A stretch of 64,000 bases of DNA from an uncultured Sphingomonadales bacterium (GTDB lineage Bacteria > Pseudomonadota > Alphaproteobacteria > Sphingomonadales > CAKZYD01), in contig CAZPXQ010000003.1 of NCBI GenBank assembly GCA_964590595.1, forward strand, positions 71,357 to 135,356, read 5' to 3'. This document shows positions 20,767 through 33,796 of the stretch, piece after piece. The notes beneath the pieces were generated by a model. That model was not told where the DNA came from and did no database searches. It worked only from the letters and a program-made list of their open reading frames with translations. Both the position numbers and the translations under genes were made by a program. Position 1 is the first letter of the stretch. Each line of letters begins with the position of its first letter.

Positions 20767-20809
20767 TATCATCGGTTATTTTTCCCATGACATCAAAGCA
20801 TTATTCGCC

Positions 20810-22171
20810 ATGACACGCGCATCGCCTGTAGATACAGATCGCCTGGAACTTGCTAATACATTGATAAAAAAGGCGCGTCGGCAAGGCGCCGAGGCTGCGG
20901 ACGTGGTTGTGCTGGACCAGACCGCATTGTCCGCATCTTGCCGTTTGGGCAAGCCGGAAGACATCGACAGGGCCGAATCAGTCGATATCAGCCTGCGCGT
21001 CTTAATCGGTCGGCGCCAGGCTTTCGTGTCGTCCAGCGACATCAAGGCGCCGGCATTAGATTCCATGGCCGAACGCGCGGTGGCGATGGCCCGCGCCGCC
21101 CCGGAAGACGCCTATGCGGCCTTGGCGCCAGAAGATCGGCTCTGGCATGGCGATTCGTCTGATCAATTAGATTTATATGATCAAACAAACTATAGCTCAG
21201 AGCAATTGGTGGCCATGGCCCGAGCGGCGGAAGACGCGGCGTTGGCGGTGCCCGGCGTCACCAATTCCGAGGGTGCTGGCGCCGGTTGGAGCCGCCGCTA
21301 TTTCGGCCTGGTCACCAGCCACGGCTTTTGCGCCAGCCGCGTTGGCAGCAATTTTTCCATCAGCGCGTCGGTTCTGGCTGGTGAAGGCACCGCCATGGAG
21401 CGCGATTATGCGTTCAGCAGCACCCGCCATGCCAGCGACCTTGAGGCCGCCGCCGATATTGGCCGCCGCGCTGGCGAACGCGCGGTCAAGCGGCTGAATC
21501 CGCGCAAGGTCGCCACCGGCGCCATGCCGGTGGTATTCGACCCGCGTGTCGCCAACAGCCTGCTGGGCCATTTCGCCGGCGCCATCAACGGCCAAGCGGT
21601 GGCGCGCGGCTCCAGTTTTTTGCGCGATAAGTTGCATCAGCGGATATTCGCGGCTGGTGTCACCATCACCGACGATCCGCTGCGCAAACGCGGCCTGGCC
21701 TCGCGCCTGTTTGACGGCGAAGGGGTTGCCTGCCAGCGTCAGGATATCGTTAGTGACGGTATCTTGAATTCCTGGTTGCTCGACACCGCGACGGCGGCGC
21801 AATTGGGCATGGCCAGCACCGGCCATGCTGGCCGCTCGGGCGCCGGCGTGCCAGCGCCGACGCCCAGCAATCTGTATCTTGCACCGGGGGCCCGTGCACC
21901 CGAGGCGCTGATCGGTGACATCGAGAAGGGTTTTTATGTCACCGAGCTAATTGGCATGGGCGTCAATCCGGTCACCGGCGACTATAGCCGCGGCGCGTCC
22001 GGGTTTTTGATTGATGATGGCGCGCTGACATCTCCGGTCTCGGAAGTGACCATTGCCGGTAATCTGAACGATATGTTCATGGCGTTGACCCCGGCCGATG
22101 ATTTGACCTTCCGCTATGCCATCAACGCGCCAACCTTGCGTATCGATGGCATGACGGTGGCTGGCAGTTAA
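20810..22171 (+). CDS. pmbA: PmbA/TldE metalloprotease partner
   Basis: MERDY, FDGEGV, GVNPVTGDYSRGASG, EVTIAGNL; lacks the HExxxH of TldD; start trimmed to ATG 20810. Confidence 0.9.
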   Translation: MTRASPVDTDRLELANTLIKKARRQGAEAADVVVLDQTALSASCRLGKPEDIDRAESVDISLRVLIGRRQAFVSSSDIKAPALDSMAERAVAMARAAPEDAYAALAPEDRLWHGDSSDQLDLYDQTNYSSEQLVAMARAAEDAALAVPGVTNSEGAGAGWSRRYFGLVTSHGFCASRVGSNFSISASVLAGEGTAMERDYAFSSTRHASDLEAAADIGRRAGERAVKRLNPRKVATGAMPVVFDPRVANSLLGHFAGAINGQAVARGSSFLRDKLHQRIFAAGVTITDDPLRKRGLASRLFDGEGVACQRQDIVSDGILNSWLLDTATAAQLGMASTGHAGRSGAGVPAPTPSNLYLAPGARAPEALIGDIEKGFYVTELIGMGVNPVTGDYSRGASGFLIDDGALTSPVSEVTIAGNLNDMFMALTPADDLTFRYAINAPTLRIDGMTVAGS

Positions 22172-22181
22172 ATACAGCGCT

Positions 22182-22853
22182 CTAAAAACCGAAGCTGACT
22201 TCCAGCACGGCGGCACTGCCGCTGAGGCGGCCTGGTAGGTCGGTGTCGATATAGCGCAGGGTGAAGGTCGCGGGGCCGGCGGTATGAAACAGGCCGATGG
22301 ACCAATCCCATTTGTCGCGGGCGCGTTGCAAATGCTCAAAGCCGGCGCTCAGCGCCGCGCCAAAAGGCTTGCCCGGCCAATAAGCGTCAACCCGCGCCTG
22401 GCCATAAAAATTGCTGCCGGTGCCATCATCGTTGGAGGGTGCGAAGGTGACGCCAAGGGACGGCACCAACAGGCCATAATCAAGCCCGGCATTGCCGTAG
22501 AATTCAACATGGTTGCCACCCAGCGTGCCGCCAGGATGCAGCACGCCTTGCACGCCCGCGCTCCAAAAGCCTTGCAAGCCAAAGACCCCGGCATAGCTGG
22601 CGGTCAAATTGATTTCCGCATCGCCCAACGGGTCATCATTCAATGAACTGGCCCAGGCCGATAGCCGCCAAGCCGGGGTCAGGTCGGCATGCACCGCGGC
22701 CTGCACCGCGGGGTCGCGGTCGGTCCGCGAGACACCGCGATCGCGATAGTCGGTGAGAAGCGCGATTTCACCTGACCAATCCGCCGCCGCCGCCGGCGCA
22801 CAGGGCGACAACGCGCAGCACATCAGGGCCAGCGGCTTAATCTTGCCAGTCAT
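22182..22853 (-). CDS. TorF/TIGR02001-type putative outer-membrane beta-barrel
   Basis: Signal peptide, TDYRDRGVSRT..PAVQ motif, C-terminal Phe. Confidence 0.75.
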   Translation of the reverse strand: MTGKIKPLALMCCALSPCAPAAAADWSGEIALLTDYRDRGVSRTDRDPAVQAAVHADLTPAWRLSAWASSLNDDPLGDAEINLTASYAGVFGLQGFWSAGVQGVLHPGGTLGGNHVEFYGNAGLDYGLLVPSLGVTFAPSNDDGTGSNFYGQARVDAYWPGKPFGAALSAGFEHLQRARDKWDWSIGLFHTAGPATFTLRYIDTDLPGRLSGSAAVLEVSFGF

Positions 22854-23664
22854 CCGCTTTCACCTGCAACACCAGCGCGGGATCGACGCGGGCATCGCCG
22901 ACATTCATGCGCCAGTCCAGATGTGGGCCATTGGCGCGCCCGGTCATGCCAACGGTGCCGACTACCGCACCTTGTTCAACCTGATCGCCGGCTTTCACGG
23001 CAACGCTGTGAAGATGCATCAATGTCGACGTCACGCCATAGCCATGGTCGATGATGATCAGCCCGCCTTCGAGCAGGAAATCGGCTTCAGCGAGGCGCAC
23101 CACGCCCGCCGCCGGTGCCTTCACCGGGGTGCCGATGGGGGCTGCATAGTCGATGCCATAATGCGGCCAGCGCGGCACGCCGTTTAAAATGCGCTGTGAA
23201 CCATAAACGCCACTGATCCGCCCGCCTGCCACCGGCACGATGAAGCCGCCGGCCCAGGCCGTCAGATCGGCGGAGACGGCGCGGGCCTCGGCGACCATCG
23301 CCCGTTCCCGCGCGCGTCGCTGTTTTTCAGCCTCGGGGATGACTACGGTCTTTTGCGGCACGCCATCAACCCGCTCGATGGCGAAACTGCGTGGCGCGAT
23401 GGCCAAGCGGTGGGTCTTGCGCTGGCCATCCGCCGCGACTGTCAATGCGACATCGCCTTCCTCATCGCGGCCAATGCCAAAGGCGAACAGGCCGCCAGGC
23501 GTCAAGCGCAGGCTTTGGCCGTTGAGCGTGACTTGCGCGTCTGGCGCTACCCGGCCGATCACAAAACCGCCTTGGGTGATGGCGCCGCGCAATTCCAGCG
23601 CCTGAGCCGGCCAGGCCGCCAGCAGCAACACGCCCAGCGCCAACAATCTGCTGGACAGAGTCAT
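22837..23664 (-). CDS. M23-family metallopeptidase
   Basis: HYGIDYAA, IIDHG, GPHLDW; signal peptide from ATG 23664. Confidence 0.9.
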   Translation of the reverse strand: MTLSSRLLALGVLLLAAWPAQALELRGAITQGGFVIGRVAPDAQVTLNGQSLRLTPGGLFAFGIGRDEEGDVALTVAADGQRKTHRLAIAPRSFAIERVDGVPQKTVVIPEAEKQRRARERAMVAEARAVSADLTAWAGGFIVPVAGGRISGVYGSQRILNGVPRWPHYGIDYAAPIGTPVKAPAAGVVRLAEADFLLEGGLIIIDHGYGVTSTLMHLHSVAVKAGDQVEQGAVVGTVGMTGRANGPHLDWRMNVGDARVDPALVLQVKADDWQD

Positions 23665-23852
23665 TGGCCGGCCAACGCTTGATGCCGGGCGGTGGCGGCG
23701 GCGGAATCGATATAGGCTTCTTGCCGTTCGACATTCCAATAGCGCAATTGCGCCAAGGCAATGGGCTTGCCGGTATGGGCGCAACGCACGAAATCGCCAT
23801 GCGCCATCACCCGGAAACTGGCTTGGTCATATCGGATCTGTGCTTCCATCAT
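23661..23852 (-). CDS. DUF2093 protein
   Basis: [29 protein letters not shown]; usual position downstream of xseA. Confidence 0.85.
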   Translation of the reverse strand: MMEAQIRYDQASFRVMAHGDFVRCAHTGKPIALAQLRYWNVERQEAYIDSAAATARHQALAGQ

Positions 23853-25279
23853 AGCAATTGCCCCTGCTTGGGTTTTGCGGGCCGCGGGCCAGGCTTGAGC
23901 GGCCTTGGCTTTGGCCCGGTTGTGTTGCCGACGGTCGCATCCAGCCGGCCATCGGCGAACTCAATCGCCAACCGGTCGCCGGCATCGACCCCGGCCCGGC
24001 GCGTCACTGTCTTGCCAGCGGCATCGAACACCGCCGCATAACCGCGCGCCAATATCGAGTGATAGCTCAATGTGGCGAGAACACGGCCAGCCATGTCGAG
24101 GCGGTTGCGGTCGCGTTCCCAGGCCCGCAAGGCGGCACTGTCCAGCCGCCGCGCGGCGTCGGTCAGGGCGCGGCCCTGCAAGTCGATGCCGGTTTTCAGC
24201 AGCCCCGGCCGCAGCCGGCCGCCGATGCGCTCATAAGCGCTGTGTTTGTGACGCACCAATTGGCCCAAGGCGCGCGGCAGCCGGTCGGCCAAATCGTCCA
24301 CCCGCTGCGCTGGCAACGCCACCAGATCGCGCAGACTGGGCATAGCGCGGACCAGGCCGCGCAGCCGTTCTGCCCGATCGGCCAGGCCGCGCCGGGCCGC
24401 GCGGTCCAGCCGCGCCGCCAAGTCAGTCACGCTGAGGCGCAAATCGGCCAGCACCGGCACCGCCATTTCGGCGGCCGCCGTTGGCGTTGGCGCGCGGCGG
24501 TCGGCGGCATGATCGATCAAGGTGACGTCGGTTTCATGGCCCACCGCCGAGATCAGTGGAATGGCGCTGGCGGCGGCGGCGCGCACCACCACGTCCTCGT
24601 TGAACGCCCATAAATCTTCCAGGCTGCCGCCGCCGCGCGCGATGATCAGCAAATCGGGGCGCGGCACCGGCCCATTGGCGGCGAGGCGGTTGAACCCTTC
24701 GATGGCGGCGGCGATTTGGCTGGCTGCGCCTTCGCCTTGCACCAGCACCGGCCACACCAGAACATGGCGGGGAAAACGGTCGGCCAGCCGGTGCAAGATA
24801 TCCCGGATCACCGCCCCGGTTGGCGAGGTGACAACGCCGATGACGCTGGGCAGGAATGGCAATGGCCGCTTGCGCGCGGCATCGAACAGGCCTTCCGCCG
24901 CCAGCTTCTTGCGCCGTTCCTCCAACAAGGCCATCAGCGCGCCAACACCCGCTGGCGCCATCTGCTCGATCACGATTTGATATTTGGAACGGCCGGGATA
25001 GGTCGTCAGCTTGCCGGTGACGACAACCTCAAGCCCATCCTCGGGCCGGAACTTCAGCGCGCCGGCCAGGCCTTTCCACATCACCGCGTCAAGCACCGCG
25101 CGTTCATCCTTCAGGCTCATATAAAGATGGCCGGAGGCAGCGCGCTTGAACCCTGAAATCTCGCCGCGCAGGCGGACATGGCCGAAGCGGTCCTCGATCG
25201 TGCGCTTTAACAGGCCAGACAACTCGCTGACCGTGAATTCATGGACATTGCCGCCGTCTTGGTTCTCTGGATCGATCAC
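23849..25279 (-). CDS. xseA: Exodeoxyribonuclease VII large subunit
   Basis: [48 protein letters not shown]. Confidence 0.96.
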   Translation of the reverse strand: MIDPENQDGGNVHEFTVSELSGLLKRTIEDRFGHVRLRGEISGFKRAASGHLYMSLKDERAVLDAVMWKGLAGALKFRPEDGLEVVVTGKLTTYPGRSKYQIVIEQMAPAGVGALMALLEERRKKLAAEGLFDAARKRPLPFLPSVIGVVTSPTGAVIRDILHRLADRFPRHVLVWPVLVQGEGAASQIAAAIEGFNRLAANGPVPRPDLLIIARGGGSLEDLWAFNEDVVVRAAAASAIPLISAVGHETDVTLIDHAADRRAPTPTAAAEMAVPVLADLRLSVTDLAARLDRAARRGLADRAERLRGLVRAMPSLRDLVALPAQRVDDLADRLPRALGQLVRHKHSAYERIGGRLRPGLLKTGIDLQGRALTDAARRLDSAALRAWERDRNRLDMAGRVLATLSYHSILARGYAAVFDAAGKTVTRRAGVDAGDRLAIEFADGRLDATVGNTTGPKPRPLKPGPRPAKPKQGQLL

Positions 25280-25354
25280 GGGGTCTCACTTGGCTTGAGT
25301 TGACGTGCGCGCATGCTACAAGGGCCGGGCTGTGTGACAAAAGGGAAATCGAGC

Positions 25355-26629
25355 ATGAATGTCCTGGTGATCGGCGGCGGCGGGCGCGAACATGCGCTGT
25401 GCTGGAAATTGGCGCAGTCGCCGCGGCTGACCCGGCTTTATTGCAGTCCTGGCAATGGCGGCATCGCCGCCGTCGCTGAATGCTTGACGCTGGACAGCGA
25501 CGATCATGACGCTGTCATCGCCTGGTGCCGCGATCACGCCATCGACCTGGTTGTGATCGGGCCGGAAGCGCCCTTGGTCGGCGGCCTGTCCGACGCGCTT
25601 AAAGTTGCCGGCATCCGGGCATTTGGCCCCAGCGCGGCGGCTGCGCAATTGGAAGGCTCTAAAGCCTTCACCAAGCAGATCTGCGACCGCGCCGGCATCC
25701 CCACCGCCGGCTATGCGCATTTCACCGAGGCCGAGGCCGCCAAGGCCTATATCGCCGAAAAAGGCGCGCCAATCGTGATCAAGGCCGACGGCTTGGCCGC
25801 CGGCAAGGGCGTCACCGTGGCGATGACCCGTGCTGATGCGATGGCGGCGGTGGAAGACTGTTTTGCCGGCCGCTTTGGCGAAGCCGGCGCCGCCGTCGTG
25901 GTGGAGGAGTTTCTGGAAGGCGAGGAGGCCAGTTTCTTCGCCCTGGTCGATGGCCAAACCGCGCTGCCGCTGGCCACCGCGCAAGACCATAAGCGCGCGC
26001 TTGATGGTGACAATGGTCCCAATACCGGCGGCATGGGGGCCTATTCGCCGGCGCCGGTGATGAGCCAGTCCCTTTGCGCGCAAGTGATGGCCGAAATCAT
26101 CCAGCCCACTGTCGCCGCCATGGCGCAAGCCGGCACGCCCTTCACCGGTGTGCTGTATGCCGGGCTGATGATCACCAAGAACGGGCCGAAGCTGATTGAA
26201 TATAATGTTCGCTTCGGCGACCCGGAATGCCAGGTCCTGATGATGCGGCTGCGCACCGATTTGCTGGACCTGCTGCTAGCCGCCTGCGACCAAGGCTTGG
26301 CCGACGCCGCGATCGCCTGGCATGAGGACTGCGCGCTGACCGTGGTGATGGCCAATCAGGGCTATCCAGAGCGCTATCAAAAAGGCGACCGCATCGCTGG
26401 GCTGGAGGCCGCGGCCGGGCTGGAGCAAGTGCAGGTCTTCCACGCCGGAACGCAGCGCCAGGACGATGCGATCATCGCCACCGGCGGCCGGGTGCTGAAT
26501 GTCACGGCGCTGGGCGCATCCGTGGCCGAGGCCCAGGCCCGCGCCTATCAAGCGGTCGATTTGATCGATTGGCCCCATGCCTATTGCCGCCGCGACATCG
26601 GCTGGCGCGCCATCGCCCGCGAGGCTTGA
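25355..26629 (+). CDS. purD: Phosphoribosylamine-glycine ligase
   Basis: [44 protein letters not shown]. Confidence 0.97.
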   Translation: MNVLVIGGGGREHALCWKLAQSPRLTRLYCSPGNGGIAAVAECLTLDSDDHDAVIAWCRDHAIDLVVIGPEAPLVGGLSDALKVAGIRAFGPSAAAAQLEGSKAFTKQICDRAGIPTAGYAHFTEAEAAKAYIAEKGAPIVIKADGLAAGKGVTVAMTRADAMAAVEDCFAGRFGEAGAAVVVEEFLEGEEASFFALVDGQTALPLATAQDHKRALDGDNGPNTGGMGAYSPAPVMSQSLCAQVMAEIIQPTVAAMAQAGTPFTGVLYAGLMITKNGPKLIEYNVRFGDPECQVLMMRLRTDLLDLLLAACDQGLADAAIAWHEDCALTVVMANQGYPERYQKGDRIAGLEAAAGLEQVQVFHAGTQRQDDAIIATGGRVLNVTALGASVAEAQARAYQAVDLIDWPHAYCRRDIGWRAIAREA

Positions 26630-26658
26630 GCGACCGCCGCCCGCGCCTGCGTCGCCGC

Positions 26659-28092
26659 TTAAGCGGCGGTACCGCCCACGGTCAGCTTGTCGATCAACAA
26701 TGTCGGCTGCCCGACGCCGGCGGGCACCGACTGGCCGCCCTTGCCGCAAACGCCGATGCCGGGGTCGAGTTCGAGATCATTGCCGATGGCGCTGACATGT
26801 TTCAGCACCTCGGGCCCGGACCCGATCAGGGTGGCGCCCTTGATTGGCGCGCCCAGCTTGCCATTTTCGATTTTATAGGCCTCGGTGCAGGAAAACACGA
26901 ATTTGCCCGATGTGATGTCGACCTGGCCGCCGCCGAAATTCTTGGCGTAAATGCCGGACTTGACCGAGGCGAGAATTTCTGCCGGGTCATGCGTGCCGGC
27001 CAGCATGAAGGTGTTGGTCATGCGCGGCATTGGGGCATGGGCAAAGCTCTCGCGGCGGCCATTGCCGGTCGGCGCCATGCCCATCAGCCGGGCGTTGAGG
27101 CGGTCTTGCATATAGCCCTTCAAGATACCGTCCTCGATCAGCACCGTGCGGCTGGTCGGCGTGCCCTCGTCATCGATGCTCAGCGAACCCCGGCGTTCGG
27201 CAATCGACCCATCATCGACCACGGTCACGCCGGGCGCGGCGACGCGCTGGCCCAACAGGCCGGAAAAAGCGGAGGTCTTCTTGCGGTTGAAGTCGCCTTC
27301 CAGGCCATGACCAACCGCTTCATGCAGCAACACGCCGGGCCAGCCGGGACCCAACACCACCGGCATTTCGCCGGCCGGCGCCGGTACCGACTGCAGATTG
27401 ACCAAGGCCTGGCGGTAGGCTTCATCCACGGCGGCCTGCCATTCGGCGTCGGTAAAGAAGGCGCCATAGGGCCGCCGACCGCCCATGCCATGATAGCCGG
27501 TTTCGCGGCGGCTGCCGTCGGCGGCGACTATCTGCACATTCAAGCGCACCAAGGGCCGAACGTCGCGCAGCCGCTGCCCGTCGGCGCGGATGATTTCCAC
27601 GGCTTGCCATTCGCCAGCCAGGGAGGCGGACACCTGCACCACCTTGGGGTCGAGGCCACGGGCATAGGCGTCGATCGCCTGCAACAATTGAACCTTTTTC
27701 TCGAAGCCCTCATTTTCTAGGGGATTGCCGGCGCCATAAAGATGCCTGTTGGTGCGCGGCGGACCATCGGCCAGCGTGCCCGACTGGCCGGTCTTGACCG
27801 CGCGCACGGTGGTGGCGGCGCGGGCGATGGCATCATGCGACAATTCGGTGGCATGGGCATAGCCGGTGGCGTCGCCATGAACCGCGCGCAAGCCAAAGCC
27901 CTGGCTGGTGTCGAAACTGGCGGTTTTCAGCCGGCCGTCGTCCCATTGAAAGCTTTCGCTTTGGGCATATTCCAGGAACAGCTCGCCATCGTCCATGCCG
28001 GCCAATGCCTGGGCGACTTGGCCGGCGGCACGGTCGGGGTCGAGGCCGGTACGGGTGAAGAACAGGTCGATGGACGGGGCGGGATCGGTCAC
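26659..28092 (-). CDS. tldD: Metalloprotease TldD
   Basis: LLHEAVGHGLEGDFNRK, GNGRRES..PMPRMTNT, CGKGGQ; GTG start after GGAG. Confidence 0.95.
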   Translation of the reverse strand: MTDPAPSIDLFFTRTGLDPDRAAGQVAQALAGMDDGELFLEYAQSESFQWDDGRLKTASFDTSQGFGLRAVHGDATGYAHATELSHDAIARAATTVRAVKTGQSGTLADGPPRTNRHLYGAGNPLENEGFEKKVQLLQAIDAYARGLDPKVVQVSASLAGEWQAVEIIRADGQRLRDVRPLVRLNVQIVAADGSRRETGYHGMGGRRPYGAFFTDAEWQAAVDEAYRQALVNLQSVPAPAGEMPVVLGPGWPGVLLHEAVGHGLEGDFNRKKTSAFSGLLGQRVAAPGVTVVDDGSIAERRGSLSIDDEGTPTSRTVLIEDGILKGYMQDRLNARLMGMAPTGNGRRESFAHAPMPRMTNTFMLAGTHDPAEILASVKSGIYAKNFGGGQVDITSGKFVFSCTEAYKIENGKLGAPIKGATLIGSGPEVLKHVSAIGNDLELDPGIGVCGKGGQSVPAGVGQPTLLIDKLTVGGTAA

Positions 28093-28203
28093 GGGCACTC
28101 CTTTGGGCGAAAATGGGGTCGACGCCTCTTTCAACTTAATCGCCCCGGCGCGTGATTCCAGCCCCAAAAGCCGGATAATCTGTAATGGCCGGTCCGCGAC
28201 CTT

Positions 28204-28222
28204 TCGCGACATTTTGCCGCGA
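28204..28222. promoter_or_regulatory. RegR/RegA/PrrA box
   Basis: TCGCGAC-ATTTT-GCCGCGA; reverse strand GCGGC-N5-GTCGC matches the RegR consensus; lies between divergent tldD and coxB. Confidence 0.6.
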
Positions 28223-28388
28223 TAACGGGCTGAGGGCAGAAAGAAGCCGTTAAAAGGGTTATTTTATTCATGAACGACGCAGCGATTTTCTTGTCGCGCG
28301 CGAGGCAGTGATATAAGGTCCGGCGCGATTTCCTGAGCCGCCTGGTTGGCGGCGCTGGTCACGGCAAAGACAGAGAGGCTTGACGAAG

Positions 28389-29234
28389 ATGGTGAAAACC
28401 TCCTTGACGCGGCATTTTGGTGGCGGTGTCGCCGCCCTCATGGGTTGGATGGCCGCCACGGCGGCGTGGGCCGGACAGCCCGTGCCCAAGGGCTTGGGCC
28501 TGCAGGAACCGGCAACCTCGATCGCGGAACAGGCTTTCTCCTTTTATAATGATTTGCTGACTCCCATCATCTTCGCCATCAGCATTTTCGTCCTGGGTTT
28601 GTTGGTGTGGATTTTGATCCGCTACAACACGCGGGCCAATCCTGAGCCGTCGCGCACTACCCACAACACCTTGCTGGAAGTGGTTTGGACGGTGTTGCCG
28701 ATCGCGATTTTGCTGGTCATCGCGGTGCCATCGTTCCGGATCCTGACGTATCAAGAGACCATCCCAGAAGCCGATCTGACCATCAAGGCAACCGGCAGCC
28801 AATGGTTCTGGAGCTATGAATATCCCGATCATGGCGGCTTCTTCTTCGATTCCTATATGGTCGCCGACGCCGATTTGAAGCCGGGCCAGCCGCGTCTGCT
28901 GGCCACCGACAATAATATCGTGGTGCCGGCGGGCCAGGTGGTGAAGCTGCTGGTCACCGCGTCTGACGTTTTGCATAGTTGGGCGGTGCCCGCCTTCGGC
29001 GTTAAGATTGACGCCGTGCCAGGGCGCTTGAACGAAATCTGGTTCAAGGTCGACAAGGAAGGCATGTATTACGGCCAATGCTCGGAACTGTGCGGCAAGA
29101 ACCATGGCTTCATGCCGATCGCGGTGGAAGTGGTGTCGCAGGAACGCTTCGAGCAATGGGTGGCGGAGGCGCAAATGCGCTTCGCTGGCGCACCTGCGCC
29201 GGACCGCACCGAACTTGCCTTCGTCGCCCAATAA
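28389..29234 (+). CDS. coxB: Cytochrome c oxidase subunit II
   Basis: QWFWSYEY, DVLHSW, CuA motif CSELCGKNHGFM. Confidence 0.97.
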   Translation: MVKTSLTRHFGGGVAALMGWMAATAAWAGQPVPKGLGLQEPATSIAEQAFSFYNDLLTPIIFAISIFVLGLLVWILIRYNTRANPEPSRTTHNTLLEVVWTVLPIAILLVIAVPSFRILTYQETIPEADLTIKATGSQWFWSYEYPDHGGFFFDSYMVADADLKPGQPRLLATDNNIVVPAGQVVKLLVTASDVLHSWAVPAFGVKIDAVPGRLNEIWFKVDKEGMYYGQCSELCGKNHGFMPIAVEVVSQERFEQWVAEAQMRFAGAPAPDRTELAFVAQ

Positions 29235-29241
29235 GTTTTGA

Positions 29242-30900
<1,659 letters not shown>

Positions 30901-30914
30901 CGGCGGGAGTGACG

Positions 30915-31856
30915 ATGAGCGTGACACAACGCGAAATCGGCCTGGATCAAGCGATGATCGGCTCTGTTGCCCTTGGGCAGCAGGCCGATTGGCGCGACTA
31001 TCTGGCCTTATTGAAGCCAAGGGTGATGTCGCTGGTGGTGTTCACCGGCCTGGTTGGCATGATTGCCGCCCCGGCCAACCTGCACCCGGTGCTGGCGTTC
31101 ACGGCGATCTTGTCGCTGGCGGTGGGCGCGGGTGCGGCCGGCGCCATCAACATGTGGTATGACGCCGACATTGACGCGGCGATGCACCGCACGGCGACGC
31201 GGCCGATCCCGGCGGGCCGCATCGCGCCGGGCGAGGCCTTGGGTTTCGCGGTGGTGCTGGCGGTGGCCTCGGTGGCGATGATGGGGCTGAATGTCAATTG
31301 GCTGGCGGCCGGCATTCTTGCTTTCTCGATCGTTTTTTATGGTGTGCTTTACACCATGGGCCTGAAGCGGCGGACCTCGCAAAATATCGTGATTGGCGGT
31401 GCCGCCGGCGCGTTTCCGCCGTTGATTGGCTGGGTCGCGGCGACGGGTGAAATCACCACCATGCCGGTGATCTTGTTTCTGATCATCTTTTTATGGACGC
31501 CGCCGCATTTTTGGGCGCTGTCGCTGTTGATGGCGTCGGAATATACCAAGGCTGGCGTGCCAATGCTGCCGGTGGTGGCGGGCCCGGCGGCGACCAAACG
31601 GCAAATCCTGTATTATACGGTGGCGATGGTGGCGACTTCGCTGGCGCCAACCCTCCTGGGCTTTGCCAGCTGGATTTATGGCGCGGTGGCGGTCGTGCTG
31701 GGCGGCGTGTTCATCTTTTACGCCCTGCGCCTGCAGCGGCGGGAACGGCCCGGCGATGCGCGCGGCTTGTTCGGCTATTCGATCCTATATTTGTTCCTGT
31801 TGTTTGCGGCCTATGCGGGCGATGTTGTGTTAGCACGCCAGGTGATGGGTGGATGA
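30915..31856 (+). CDS. ctaB: Heme O synthase (protoheme IX farnesyltransferase)
   Basis: [35 protein letters not shown]. Confidence 0.95.
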   Translation: MSVTQREIGLDQAMIGSVALGQQADWRDYLALLKPRVMSLVVFTGLVGMIAAPANLHPVLAFTAILSLAVGAGAAGAINMWYDADIDAAMHRTATRPIPAGRIAPGEALGFAVVLAVASVAMMGLNVNWLAAGILAFSIVFYGVLYTMGLKRRTSQNIVIGGAAGAFPPLIGWVAATGEITTMPVILFLIIFLWTPPHFWALSLLMASEYTKAGVPMLPVVAGPAATKRQILYYTVAMVATSLAPTLLGFASWIYGAVAVVLGGVFIFYALRLQRRERPGDARGLFGYSILYLFLLFAAYAGDVVLARQVMGG

Positions 31857-31990
31857 TGGCCGAGGATGACGAACAGCGGCGGGAATTTGAGCGCCGCCGC
31901 CGCGGACGCAATATCGCCATCGCCTTGGTGTTGGCCGGTTTGGTGGTGCTGTTTTATTTAATCTCGATCGCACGTTTGAGCGGGAATTGA
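31853..31990 (+). CDS. Small single-TM cox operon protein (CoxF-like)
   Basis: [42 protein letters not shown]; ATGA overlap with ctaB; usual position before ctaG. Confidence 0.75.
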   Translation: MMAEDDEQRREFERRRRGRNIAIALVLAGLVVLFYLISIARLSGN

Positions 31991-31997
31991 GGTTGCG

Positions 31998-32558
31998 ATG
32001 CGCTGGGACGGTAAAAAAACGACAGTATTGGCTTCGCTGGCCGGACTCGCGGTGATGACCGGGCTGGTGGCCGCGTCGGTGCCGCTGTATGAGCTGTTTT
32101 GCCGGGTGACTGGGTTTGGCGGCACCACGCAAGTGACCGATGGTGCCGAAAAGCAGGTGTTGGATCGCTCGGTGCGGGTGCGTTTTTCGGCTTCGACCGC
32201 GCGCGACATGGTTTGGGAATTCAAGCCCGTGCAGCAGGTCGTCAATGTCCGCATTGGCGAACGGGCCTTGGCCTTTTACGAAGCCTATAACCCGACCAGT
32301 GAACCCATTTCCGGCCAGGCGACCTATAATGTGACGCCGTTCAAGGTCGGCCCGCATTTCGTCAAGATCGAATGCTTCTGCTTTACCGAGCAGACCTTGG
32401 CGCCGGGCCAGCGGGTCAGCATGCCGGTGACCTATTATATCGATCCCGCCATGGCCGATGATCCGGACTTGGCGGACATCACCGAAATCACTTTGAATTA
32501 TACCTTCTTCCGCCTGGACCAACCGGTCACCGTCGCGTCCGCGGATAAGGCACAATAG
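31998..32558 (+). CDS. ctaG: Cytochrome c oxidase copper chaperone CtaG/Cox11
   Basis: VPLYELFCRVTGFGGT, KIECFCF. Confidence 0.95.
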   Translation: MRWDGKKTTVLASLAGLAVMTGLVAASVPLYELFCRVTGFGGTTQVTDGAEKQVLDRSVRVRFSASTARDMVWEFKPVQQVVNVRIGERALAFYEAYNPTSEPISGQATYNVTPFKVGPHFVKIECFCFTEQTLAPGQRVSMPVTYYIDPAMADDPDLADITEITLNYTFFRLDQPVTVASADKAQ

Positions 32559-32587
32559 GGCGCATCAGCAAGAAAGGGAGCGAGTAG

Positions 32588-33397
32588 ATGGCAGGCGCGG
32601 TCCAACATGATTATCATCTGGTCAAGCCCAGTCCATGGCCATTGGTAGGGTCTATCGCCGCGTTGCTGCTGTTTGGCGGCGCCGCTGCCTGGATGCATGA
32701 CGAACCCGTCGGACCCTATCTGTTTTGGATCGGCCTGGTCGGCGTATTGGTCACCATGATCTCCTGGTGGGTCGACGTGGTGCGCGAAGCCCACCAAGGC
32801 GATCATACCCGCGTCGTCCAATTGGGTCTGCGCTATGGCATGATCCTGTTCATCGCGTCTGAGGTGATGTTCTTCGTGGCCTGGTTCTGGGCCTATTTCA
32901 ATGCCAGCCTGTTTCCGCCCGACGCCATTGGCGGGGTGTGGCCGCCGGAAGGCATCGAGGTATTGGACCCGTTCCATTTGCCGCTGCTCAACACCGTGAT
33001 CCTGCTGTTGTCGGGCACGACCGTGACCTGGGCGCATCATGCGCTCATTCATGGCGACCGCGAGGGCCTGAAACAAGGGCTGTGGCTGACAGTGGTGCTG
33101 GGGGTCTGCTTCTCTGGCGTGCAGATTTACGAATATGACCATGCCGCCTTTGCCTATGCCGGCAACATTTATGGCGCCACTTTTTACATGGCCACCGGCT
33201 TTCACGGCTTCCATGTCCTGGTTGGCACCATCTTCCTGGCGGTTTGCCTGATCCGCGCCTATCTTGGCCATTTCACGCCGCAACAGCATTTTGGCTTCGA
33301 ATCCGCCGCCTGGTATTGGCATTTTGTCGACGTGGTGTGGCTGTTCCTGTTCATTTTCATCTATGTGCTGGGCTCGGTTGGGGCGCCAATTCACTAG
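32588..33397 (+). CDS. coxC: Cytochrome c oxidase subunit III
   Basis: [33 protein letters not shown]. Confidence 0.97.
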   Translation: MAGAVQHDYHLVKPSPWPLVGSIAALLLFGGAAAWMHDEPVGPYLFWIGLVGVLVTMISWWVDVVREAHQGDHTRVVQLGLRYGMILFIASEVMFFVAWFWAYFNASLFPPDAIGGVWPPEGIEVLDPFHLPLLNTVILLLSGTTVTWAHHALIHGDREGLKQGLWLTVVLGVCFSGVQIYEYDHAAFAYAGNIYGATFYMATGFHGFHVLVGTIFLAVCLIRAYLGHFTPQQHFGFESAAWYWHFVDVVWLFLFIFIYVLGSVGAPIH

Positions 33398-33400
33398 CGC

Positions 33401-33796
33401 ATGGCGGATGACCATAAACCCGGTTCGCAGCAGCGCGTCTCGATCCTGTCGGCAGGATTGAAGGCGCGCTGTCCGCGTTGTGGGCGAGGCCCTTTGTTCA
33501 CGGGCTTTTTGACCCTGGCGCCGTCATGCAGCCAATGCGGACTCAGCTATGAGCATTTCGACTCCGCCGATGGTCCGGCGGTGTTCATCATCCTGATTGT
33601 CGGCTTTATCGTGGCTGGCGCGGCGCTGGTGGTGGAGAATGTTTTCGCCCCACCTTATTGGCTGCATGCCGCCTTATGGCTGCCGCTGACTTTGGCGCTG
33701 TCCCTGGCCTTGTTGCGGCCGTTCAAGGCTTTGTTGATCGCTGCCCAGCACCGGCATGACGCGCGGGAGGGCCGGTTCGGCGGCGATGATGTTTAG
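33401..33796 (+). CDS. DUF983 membrane protein
   Basis: RCPRCGRGPLF, CSQCG, DGPAVF. Confidence 0.88.
   Translation: MADDHKPGSQQRVSILSAGLKARCPRCGRGPLFTGFLTLAPSCSQCGLSYEHFDSADGPAVFIILIVGFIVAGAALVVENVFAPPYWLHAALWLPLTLALSLALLRPFKALLIAAQHRHDAREGRFGGDDV

Noticed and set aside
20810-28092. TldD and TldE proximity as a peptide-maturation system
   Set aside because: Both sit in ordinary core contexts, separated by xseA and purD, with no precursor or YcaO gene
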